Source: Heterodontus francisci
Taxonomy: Eukaryota
Length of the DNA stretch: 64,000 nt
Assembly: GCF_036365525.1 (NCBI RefSeq)
Contig: NC_090378.1
Location: 123,241,593-123,305,592, forward strand
Direction: 5' to 3'
Below are positions 1-9,500 of this stretch, piece by piece. Below the pieces are notes generated by a model. It was not told the DNA's origin and did no database searches. It saw nothing but the letters and a program-made list of their open reading frames with translations. Made by a program: the position numbers and the translations under genes. The first letter of the stretch is position 1. Every line of letters starts with the position of its first letter.

Positions 1-210
1 ATCCACCTGACATTTATCATAAGCAGACTTTTTCTTCTTTATCTTAACCTCTGTCTCTTTTGTCATCCAGGGAGCTCTGGATTTGTTTGCCCCACGTTTC
101 CCCTTCGTGGAAATACACCTTGGTTTTGCCCGAACTATCTCTTCTTTAAAAGCAGCCCATTGTTCAGTTACAGTTCTCCAATTTATCTGGGTCAGATCCA
201 TTCTTACCCG
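1..210 (-). mobile_element. CR1-type LINE ORF2 fragment (EN-RT linker)
   Basis: Minus strand reads ...TVTEQWAAFKEEIVRAKPRCISTKG..NKSRAPWMTKE.., the typical CR1 linker (W..FK / PW motifs). Confidence 0.65.
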
Positions 211-1030
211 AAGAGAGAGAGAGACACAGGGGCACACACCGGGAAGTAAACACAGAGAGAGACACACACAAATACAGACGGAGAGACAGACACACACACA
301 GAGGCACACACCGAGAAGGAAACACAGAGAGAGACACACACACAAATACAGACAAAGAGAGGCACACACAGGGAAGGAAACACAGAGAGAGACACACACA
401 CAAANNNNNNNNNNNNNNNNNNNNNNNNNNNNNNNNNNNNNNNNNNNNNNNNNNNNNNNNNNNNNNNNNNNNNNNNNNNNNNNNNNNNNNNNNNNNNNNN
501 NNNNNNNNNNNNNNNNNNNNNNNNNNNNNNNNNNNNNNNNNNNNNNNNNNNNGAGAGAGACACACACACAAATACAGACGGAGAGACAGACACACACACA
601 GAGGCACACACCGGGAAGTAAACACAGAGAGAGACACACACACAAATACAGACGGAGAGACAGACACACACACAGAGGCACACACCGAGAAAGAAACACA
701 GAGAGAGACACACACACAAATACAGACAGAGAGAGACACACACACAGAGGCACACACCGAGAAGGAAACACAGAGAGAGACACACACACAAATACAGACA
801 GAGAGAGACACACACACAGAGGCACACACCGAGAAGGAAACACAGAGAGAGACACACACACAAATACAGACAGAGAGACAGACACACACACAGAGGCACA
901 CACAGGGAAGGAAACACAGAGAGAGAGAAAGAGAGACACACACACACACACAAATACAGACAGAGAGAGAGAGACACAGTGACAGTGAAAGACAGAGAGA
1001 GTGTGAGAGTGAGTGAGTGAAACACAGAGC
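211..1030. repeat. (GA)/(CA)-rich minisatellite (~60-bp unit) spanning an assembly gap (N at 405-551)
   Basis: Repeated gagagacacacacacaaatacagac...gaggcacacaccgagaaggaaacaca units on both sides of the N run. Confidence 0.9.
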
Positions 1031-1033
1031 AGA

Positions 1034-1072
1034 GGATATTGTACAGCCCCTGCACTGGAAGCTGTCAGTGTG
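1034..1072 (+). promoter_or_regulatory. 23-bp-spacer recombination signal sequence of the J segment
   Basis: Nonamer GGATATTGT (1034-1042, 7/9 to GGTTTTTGT), 23-nt spacer starting ACAGCC (1043-1065), heptamer CAGTGTG (1066-1072, 6/7) abutting the J coding sequence. A J with a 23-RSS is the kappa-type configuration. Confidence 0.9.
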
Positions 1073-1107
1073 GTTAACGTTTGGTAAAGGAACCAAGCTC
1101 AGACTGA
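1073..1107 (+). CDS. IGKJ: Immunoglobulin light-chain J segment (kappa / NS4-type), germline, unrearranged
   Basis: Encodes LTFGKGTKLRL (FGxG motif). Phase-1 donor GTAAGT at 1108-1113 splices in frame to the C exon (A|GC = Ser). Confidence 0.95.
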
Positions 1108-1685
1108 GTAAGTAAACCTCAATCCTCCGTTACTAATCCTTTAAATACTGAAACATTCTAAAACACAAATGCTGAATAGTGGAAGGTGTTAGTAAGGAGC
1201 TGCAGTCAATGAAATGGTTCATTGAAGAGCACTGTGTATAACAGGGTGCCCAGCTGTATTTCTTTAGTTACATTCCCCCTTTAACCAACAAGATATAAGT
1301 AACCAACTTTTACCGAGTGTGTAGAGGAGATCTGGACGTTTGCAGACTGTGGTCACATTCCTGCTCCATGGAGTGAAATCCCTCACTAGATTCCTGCCAG
1401 TCTCAGTGTGAGCTCTGGGTCTCTGTCACAGTCTCTGATATAACTGATCTCAGCACCAGCACAGTGAGACACCGAGGTCCCACCTCCCCCAGCTTTAACT
1501 CTGTTCTGTCCACTCCCTGCTTATCTCTTGTCAAAGTTCTGATGACAAACAGTGACAGCAGGGCTCCCAATCCAGTGGCTTCAGTGTTCCAGGGTTTTGG
1601 GGAGACTCTCAGTTGCTTTCTCTTTGGGTGAAGTTCAGGCCAAAATTTATCTCTGAACCGACATTGCTAAAAATGCTCATTTACC

Positions 1686-1845
1686 TCATTGCTGTTTGTG
1701 GGATCTTGCTGTGCACAAATTGTCTGCCACATTTCCTACATTCCAACAGTGACTGCTCTTTAAACAAGTCCTTCATTGTCTGTAAATGACTTTGGGAGGT
1801 CCTGAGGTGTGAAATACTCGATATAAATACAAGTCTTTCTTTTCT
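1686..1845 (+). mobile_element. 3' tail fragment of shark DeuSINE/SacSINE1-like element
   Basis: cattgctgtttgtgggatcttgctgtg...gaggtgtgaaa...aagtctttc matches the tail of the copy at 2255-2640. Confidence 0.6.
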
Positions 1846-2254
1846 TTTTATTAACCGGGAGCTCCCACAATACCCTGTTGATTAAAGCTGAACCCAGCAG
1901 AAAATCCACAGAAAACTGACTAATGTTTGTCTGATTTGTCTGTGTGTTTATTAGACATGACTGAGCAGATAGCAAGAGTTTCAGCAGCAACAAAGGTGTT
2001 ACTCTAGTGCCCCTCCCACTTTCCCCATCGACTTACATAATACTTACGGGGAAAGGGCTCAGCACCTGCCATCGACTGGTTAAATGTCACCCCTCTAGAC
2101 TACAGGCCTCCCGTAATCTGCTCTCCATCTCTCTCCTGAAGGCACTATCTCTGGCTGGGGCACAGCTCCACCCTCCCCAAGTGGCCTCATTCCTCCAAGT
2201 GTGAGCCGGGAGGTTGAGAATGGCAGGCTATTCGACTGTGAGGTTTTAGTGTTG

Positions 2255-2640
2255 TCTCAGTGGGTAACACTCTCACCTCTGAGTCAGAATGTCGTGGCTT
2301 CAGGTCCCACTCCAGAGACTGGAGCACATAATCCAGGCTGACACTGCAGTGCAGTATTGAGGGAATGCTGCACTGTCAGAGGTGCTGTCTTTCAGATGAG
2401 ACAAACTGACGTCTGCCCTCTCAGGTGAATGTAAAGGATCCCACTGCACTATTAGAAGAGCAGGGGAGTTCTCCCCGGTGTCCTGGACAATGTTTATCAC
2501 TCAACCAACACCATTAAAAATCAGATTATCTGCTCAGTATCACTCAGCTGTCTGGGATCTTACTGTGAACAGTTGGCTGTAAAATACTTGAAGATATGCT
2601 GAGGTGGTGACAGGCGCTATAGAAATGCAAGTCTTTCTTT
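2255..2640 (+). mobile_element. tRNA-derived DeuSINE (SacSINE1-like)
   Basis: tRNA-like head followed by the Deu core ggtgctgtctttcagatgag...gtctgccctctcaggtg..aaggatccc..gaagagcaggggagttctccccggtgtcctgg. Confidence 0.75.
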
Positions 2641-3779
2641 GAGGTTGGAGGCTCCTGATCCTGACCCTCGCCCATTGTCCGCACACTCTCACCTTCCAGG
2701 GGTCATGGGATCATTCGGAGCAGTGACCCTGCCTGACCCCAGTGCACTGAGACTAATTATAGCCTCACCCTTGACCTCACCCCAGTGCTGGGCAGGAAGG
2801 TTTTAAATGACATCTAGAACCTTCTACACTGACACCCAACCCTTCTCCATCCCTCCATCCTCCCCCACGTCATCCAACCCTTCTCCATCCCTCCATCCTT
2901 CCCCCCGTCTGAGACTAAACCAGACTGTTCACAGCCTTGGTGTCATATTTCTGACCTCATGTTCCGGCCATCACTAAGACCCCCTATTTCCACCGCAGTA
3001 ACATCACACGACTGTGTCCCTGCTCAGCTCATCTGCTCATCATCTACCTCACTTTCCTCCTTTATCTCCATTTGTGGCTCAGTGTCATATTTCTGTTTTA
3101 TAATGCTCCTGTGAAGCACATTGAGATGTTTTAAATGCTTAATGAGATTAAAGGCGCTATACACCACAGCTGCCACCATGTAATGAGAAGCTTTTTATGT
3201 TGTCTGATGCAACATGAATGAGGTATGTGGAGATCTGGCTGTTGAAGATCTCAAATAGTGGTGCTCACCTCATTAGCATACAAAGATCTTAAAGGTACAT
3301 TATTCTTAAAAGCAATCACTGAACATATAAATACAAGTTATTGTTTTGGTTGTTGTTATTTCTGAAGTGTGTTGAGACAAGTCTGTTCCAGTGTTCCGGA
3401 GAAAGTTCTCCCGATGTGTATGTGTGATCTGAGATTTGTTAACACTGAGCCTGTTTCCTCCAGATGGACTGATCTATAGTTCGAGCTTCCTGTCAGGTTA
3501 ACAGTGTCTTAAAGGGACACTGAGTCTTCAAACACTCTTACTATAACCATTTCAGTGCTGAATTTGTGGTAACCCTTCATTACAGATTTAAAAAACTGTC
3601 CAACACGATTTAACCATCTGAACATCAAATGATTCAATGTATTTATATTTAGACTAACCTTAGCAAGCTAGGCAAAACAGAAGGAAATCAAGAATTAATG
3701 GTTCTCACCTCTAATGGTTAAACACAAACAGGAGTTCATCAACCCAGCTGTCTGTTATCCAATGTGAATTCCAATGTAG

Positions 3780-5100
3780 AAACACCCACAGAGAGACACA
3801 GACGAATATACACATAGACCACTCAAATAGACTCAAAACATACAAATAAACACAGAATACACAAACACACAGCACAGAAATATAAACACACAGAACACAC
3901 AAATATGAACACAGAATTTACAAAAATATATAGAGAACACAGAAGCATAGACATAGAACACAAAAATGCACAGATAATGCAAATATACACTGAAACACAT
4001 AAATACACAAAGAGCACACAAATACACGAAGAACAAAATAATATATATTGTTCCGACCAAGGTGGAAGAAATAAATATTAATTCAGTCCCACTTCTTCAC
4101 GGGTCACAGCTGTTTCTTAGGAATAGAAGGAAAAATAAAATAAATCAGTTTGTCACGTTCTTGATATGAAGTTCTTCAGTTGAATGAGGTGTCCCAGAGT
4201 TGAATAGTCGGATGCCACTCAAAGTCTCTCCAGGAGAAGTTGATGAACAGTCTGTGATGGGTCGGCGTTCAGGGCAATTCGGCTACAGTAGGCGTCACAC
4301 AGGACTTTTGGCAGGGGTGTAGCAACAGGTCTGCTGAGGGCTCACAGCAGCAGTATTGCAGTAGAAGCTTTCTTCAGGTTCCAGGATTTCCCAAAACACA
4401 GCAGGCAACAGGAACCATGCTGGATGCAGGAATTCTTCAGAGACAGGAGGCAATCGGAATCTGCCACCTTTCAAATGCAGGGTTTCTTTTCAAGAGATGC
4501 AAGTTTCCTTTACAGAGAGAGGTCTTTTTTGGTCTTCAACTTTGATCTCAAGGCAGATCAGCAACCAAATTTCAAATGCCTGCTTTTTGTCTAACTCATT
4601 GGATTTTAAAAGGGTCTGAAGTGACAGTAAACCTTCCTGAGCCAATCACATGACCAGACATAGAGTATCCACTGTCATTCAAAGTGATGCTCTGAGGAGG
4701 TCAAAAACCCCTTGGCAGGCTTCCTTGAAACGGTTTGCTTTTCCTATTCTTGTATACAAAGTCAACATCCAAAAATTTCAGCTAGTTGCAGGTGTCCATG
4801 TCCACTGGAAATCCTGTTTTCAATTTTTAAAAACACACAGAATTCTAAGATTTTAGTACAAAAATAAATCTCTTGTAACAATATGCAGAACACACACATA
4901 TACACAGAACAAATAAATATATACTCAGAATACATAAATATTTATAGAACACACAAATATATATAGAACACATAAATACACACACAGAACACACAAATAT
5001 ACACACAGGAAACACAGATATACACAGAATATGCAAAAATGCACAAAGAACACATATACCCACAACACACAAATATATACACCGAGCACACAAACATGCA
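3780..5100. repeat. A/C-rich low-complexity tract (acacaaatatacac-like) upstream of the C exon, split by a solo LTR
   Basis: Direct inspection of 3780-4048 and 4881-5100. Confidence 0.8.
4049..4880. mobile_element. Solo LTR in the J-C intron
   Basis: TGTT...AACA termini flanked by 4-bp TSD ATAT (4045-4048 and 4881-4884). The ttaattcagtccc block is shared with the LTR at 28713. Confidence 0.8.
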
Positions 5101-5130
5101 GTGATTAACAGTTTTTCTCTTCTCTTTCAG

Positions 5131-5459
5131 GCCGAGAGAAGTCTCAACCCACACTGACCCTGCTGCCCCCCTCGGAGGAGGAGGTCAAGGCCAAGGGCAC
5201 TGCCACCCTGGTGTGCCTTGCCGATCACTTCTATCCCGATGAAGTGGGGGTAGAGTGGAAGAAGGACGGTGCAGCCATTTCGGCCGGGGTTCAGACCAGC
5301 AACTACCTGCGAGCTTCGGATAGCACCTACAGTGTCAGCAGCCTGCTGACCCTCTCTGGCTCTGACTGGGAGTCCAACGCCCGCTTCTCCTGTGCCCTGA
5401 TCCATGAGACCCTCTCCTCTCCCCTCAGTAAGAGTGTGAGCAGATCAGAATGTGTGTAG
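5131..5459 (+). CDS. IGKC: Immunoglobulin kappa-type (NS4/type III) light-chain constant exon, intact
   Basis: Acceptor tttttctcttctctttcag. Translation (S)REKSQPTLTLLPPSEEEVKAKGTATLVCLADHFYPDEVGVEWKKDG...STYSVSSLLTLSGSDWESNARFSCALIHETLSSPLSKSVSRSECV* is a C1-set domain with both Cys, Trp, FYP and the penultimate interchain Cys. Confidence 0.97.
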
Positions 5460-5616
5460 AGTGTTAGAGACAGTCCGCAGAGGAGACACAACTTTAAATA
5501 TAACAGGGGTGAGCTGGGAGGATAAAGGTCATTTTCAACACGGAATTTCAACTCTCTTCCTTCTCGTGACTGGGTCTGAGACACTTCTGAGGATCAGGGG
5601 TTAAGGCTCGAAATTG

Positions 5617-5762
5617 GGACAGTGTAGAGGGAGCTTTACTCTGTATCTCACCCGTACTGTACCTGCCCTGGGAGTATTTGATTGGACAATGTAGACGGAG
5701 CTTTACTCTGTATCTAACCCGTACTGGACCTGCCCTGGGAGTGTTTGATTGGACAATGTAGA
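5617..5762. repeat. 67-bp tandem repeat (2.2 copies) in the Ig 3' UTR
   Basis: ggacagtgtagagggagctttactctgtatct..cctgccctgggagtgtttgatt units start at 5617, 5684 and 5751. Confidence 0.9.
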
Positions 5763-5955
5763 CTCGTGATGCCAAGTAAAACCTCTCTAAGATGCTGAAG
5801 ACTGTCAGCTGAGCTAAAATAATGTGAACCTCAGAATTCGCCGCTCAGTAAACCAGACCTCCTTCCTGCTCACTCTGCAGTTACAATTTAAAGTTTAGTC
5901 TCTGTTTAAAGCGACAGGATTCTCATGTTATTGAGAAAATCTCCACAACTGTTTT

Positions 5956-6056
5956 AATAAACCTCCATTCTCCCTGTGAATTTCTCCAGCTACCTCTCGC
6001 TGGGCTGTTTATTCAAGTCTTTTTTCTGTAAATGTAAATCAGTAAAAGGTAATAAA
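5956..6056 (+). terminator. Candidate polyadenylation signals of the light-chain transcript
   Basis: AATAAA at 5956-5961 and 6051-6056, ~500-600 nt after the C stop. Confidence 0.7.
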
Positions 6057-6099
6057 CATTAAGAATATTCAGTAAATGTCTTGGGAGTGCTTTGGAAAT

Positions 6100-6215
6100 G
6101 TCCCACCTTCCTGTCAGCTGATTGGCTGCATTTCAGCAAGTGAATCTGATGATTGGCTGGTTGACCTGTCAATCAATAACATGTCAGAAGCAGAATTGAT
6201 TCATAGCCAATTGTA
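6100..6215. promoter_or_regulatory. Promoter-like motif cluster (NF-Y CCAAT x3, PBX-PREP/MEIS decamer, ETS core)
   Basis: CTGATTGGCTG (~6118), TGATTGGCTGG (~6150), AGCCAAT (~6206), CTGTCAATCA (6166-6175 = TGATTGACAG on minus), CTTCCTG (~6108). Confidence 0.45.
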
Positions 6216-6341
6216 AATCATATTAAAATGATCAGTTTTATCTCAAATCCCTTGAGATTACAAGATTAAAAACAGAAACTGAAAGCAGCTGGAATTAAAT
6301 CATCACAATCCCAGCATTCACACATCACTCTTCACACTGGA

Positions 6342-6379
6342 GGTGTTGGTGTAGCCCCAGCTGGTGGGATCGCACTGTG
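6342..6379 (+). promoter_or_regulatory. Candidate orphan RSS (J orientation) downstream of the C exon
   Basis: GGTGTTGGT (7/9 nonamer) + 22-nt spacer GTAGCCCCAGCTGGTGGGATCG + perfect heptamer CACTGTG. No J reading frame follows. Confidence 0.45.
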
Positions 6380-6564
6380 CACTCTGTGCTGACTGCTGAG
6401 CAATACCTGAAATGAGCCTGGGACAATCTCAGGGCTGGAGGCCACACTCACAATGTTCATTTCTCCCACCTTAACCAATGCCTCATGGTAACAGTACAAA
6501 ACTGAACCAAGTGAGGTCTCAGTTTAGAGAGAGGAGCAGTCAGGGTATCATTGTGTACATGACC

Positions 6565-9500
6565 CTGAGTGTGGGTGTGACTGTTACCCAGTACTGTCTG
6601 TAGGTGAGTGTCTCTGAGTGTGGGGGTGTTACCCAGTACTGTCTGTAGGTGTGTGTCTCTGAGTATGGGTGTGTTACCCAGTACTGTCTGTAGGTGTGTG
6701 TCTCTGAGTGTGGGTGTGTTACCCAGTACTGTCTGTAGGTGTGTGTCTCTGAGTGTGGGTGTGTTACCCAGTACTGTCTGTAGGTGAGTGTCTCTGAGTG
6801 TGGGTGTGTCACCCAGTGCTGTCTGTAGGTGTGTGTCTCTGAGTATGGGTGTCTCACCCAGTACTGTCTGTAGGTGTGTGTCTCTGAGTGTGGGTGTGTC
6901 ACCCAGTACTGTCTGTAGGTGTGTGTCTCTGAGTGTGGGTGTTTTACCCAGTACTGTCTGTAGGTGTGTGTCTCTGAGTGTGGGTGTGTTACCCAGTACT
7001 GTCTGTAGGTGCGTGTCTCTGAGTGTGGATGTGTTACCCAGTACTGTCTGTCAGTGAGTGTCTCTGAATGTGGGTGTGTTACCCAGTACTGTCTGTAGGT
7101 GTGTGTCTCTGAGTGTGGGTGTGTTACCCAGTACTGTCTGCAGGTGCGTGTCTCTGAGTGTGGATGTGTTACCCAGTACTGTCTGTCAGTGAGTGTCTCT
7201 GAATGTGGGTGTGTTACCCAGTACTGTCTGTCAGTGTGTGTCTCTGAGTGTGGGTGTGTTACCCAGGACTGTCTGCAGGTGTGTGTCTCTGAGAGTGGGT
7301 GCGTTCCCCAGTACTGTCTGTAGGTGTGTGTCTCTGAGTGTGGGTGTATTACCCAGTACTGTCTGCAGGTGTGTGTCTCTGAGTGTGGGTGTGTTACCCA
7401 GTACTGTCTGTAGGTGCGTGTCTCTGAGTGTGGATGTGTTACCCAGTACTGTCTGTAGGTGTGTGTCTCTGAGAGTGGGTGCGTTCCCCAGTACTGTCTG
7501 TAGGTGTGTGTCTCTGAGTGTAGGTGTGTCACCCAGTACTGTCTGTCGGTGTGTGTCTCTGAGTGTAGGTGTATTACCCAGTACTGTCTGTAGGTGAGTG
7601 TCTCTGAATGTGGATGTGTTACCCAGTACTGTCTGTCAGTGAGTGTCTCTGAATGTGGGTGTGTTACCCAGTACTGTATGTCAGTGTGTGTCTCTGAGTG
7701 TGGGTGTGTTACCCAGGACTGTCTGCAGGTGAGTGTCTCTGAGAGTGGGTGCGTTCCCCAGTACTGTCTGTAGGTGTGTGTCTCTGAGTGTGGGTGTGTT
7801 ACCCAGTACTGTCTGTAGGTGAGTGTCTCTGAGTGTGGATGTGTTACCCAGTACTGTCTGTCGGTGTGTGTCTCTGAATGTGGGTGTATTACCCAGGACT
7901 GTCTGTAGGTGAGTGTCTCTGAGAGTGGGTGCGTTCCCCAGTGCTGTCTGTAGGTGTGTGTCTCTGAATATGGGTGTATTACCCAGTACTGTCTGTAGGT
8001 GAGTGTCTCTGAGTGTGGGTGTGTTACCCAGGACTGTCTGCAGGTGTGTGTCTCTGAGAGTGGGTGCGTTCCCCAGTACTGTCTGTAGGTGTGTGTCTCT
8101 GAGTGTGGGTGCATTACCCAGTACTGTCTGTAGGTGTGTGTCTCTGAGTGTGGGTGTGTTACCCAGTACTGTCTGTAGGTGTGTGTCTCTGAGTGTGGGT
8201 GTGTTACCCAGTACTGTCTGTAGGTGTGTGTCTCTGAGTGTGGGTGTATTACCCAGTACTGTCTGTAGGTGTGTGTCTCTGAGTGTGGGTGTGTTACCCA
8301 GTACTGTCTGTAGGTGTGTGTCTCTGAGTGTGGGTGTGTTACCCAGTACTGTCTGTAGGTGTGTGTCTCTGAGTGTGGGTGTGTTACTCAGTACTGTCTG
8401 TAGGTGTGTGTCTCTGAATGTGGGTGTATTACCCAGTACTGTCTGTAGGTGTGTGTCTCTGAGTCTGGATGTGTTACCCAGTACTGTCTGCAGGTGAGTG
8501 TCTCTGAGAGTGGGTGCGTTCCCCAGTACTGTCTGTTGGTGTGTGTCTCTGAGTGTAGGTGTGTTACCCAGTACTGTCTGTCGGTGTGTGTCTCTGACTG
8601 TGGGTGTATTACACAGTACTGTCTGTAGGTGAGTGTCTCTGAGTGTGGGTGTGTTACCCAGTACTGTCTGTCGGTGTGTGTCTCTGAGTGTGGGTGTGTT
8701 ACCCAGTACTGTCTGTAGGTGTGTGTCTCAGAGAGTGGATGCGTTCCCCAGTGCTGTCTGTAGGTGTGTGTCTCTGAGTGTGGGTGTGTTACCCAGTACT
8801 GTCTGTAGTTGTGTGTCTCTGAATGTGGGTGTATTACCCAGTACTGTCTGTAGGTGAGTGTCTCTGAGTGTGGGTGTGTTACCCAGGACTGTCTGCAGGT
8901 GTGTGTCTCTGAGAGTGGGTGCGTTCCCCAGTACTGTCTGTAGGTGTGTGTCTCTGAGTGTAGGTGTGTCACCCAGTACTGTCTGTCGGTGTGTGTCTCT
9001 GAGTGTGGGTGTATTACCCAGTACAGTCTGTCAGCGTGTGTCTCTGAGAGTGGGTGCGTTCCCCAGTACTGTCTGTAGGTGTGTGTCTCTGAGTGTGGAT
9101 GTGTTACCCAGTGCTGTCTGTAGGTGCGTGTCTCTGAGTGTGGATGTGTTACCCAGTACTGTCTGTCAGTGAGTGTCTCTGAATGTGGGTGTGTTACCCA
9201 GTACTGTCTGTCAGTGTGTGTCTCTGAGTGTGGGTGTGTTACCCAGAACTGTCTGTAGGTGTGTGTCTCTGAATGTGGGTGTATTACCCAGGACTGTCTG
9301 CAGGTGTGTGTCTCTGAGAGTGGGTGCGTTCCCCAGTACTGTCTGTAGGTGTGTGTCTCTGAGTGTGGGTGTATTACCCAGTACTGTCTGTCAGTGTGTG
9401 TCTCTGAGTGTGGGTGTATTACCCAGTACTGTCTGTAGGTGTGTGTCTCTGAGTGTGGGTGTATTACCCAGTACTGTCTGTAGGTGTGTGTCTCTGAGTG

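Noticed and set aside
975-981. CACAGTG upstream of J as a V or D RSS
   Set aside because: No nonamer at 12 or 23 bp, no coding segment, and it lies in a CA-rich repeat.
83-1096. Long ORFs across the CA/GA repeat
   Set aside because: Low-complexity translations running through an N gap.
1230-1236. CACTGTG as the RSS of a second J
   Set aside because: No nonamer at either spacing and no FGxG frame follows.
3711-5154. Hydrophobic Cys/Val-rich minus-strand ORFs
   Set aside because: Translations of the AC-rich intronic low-complexity sequence.
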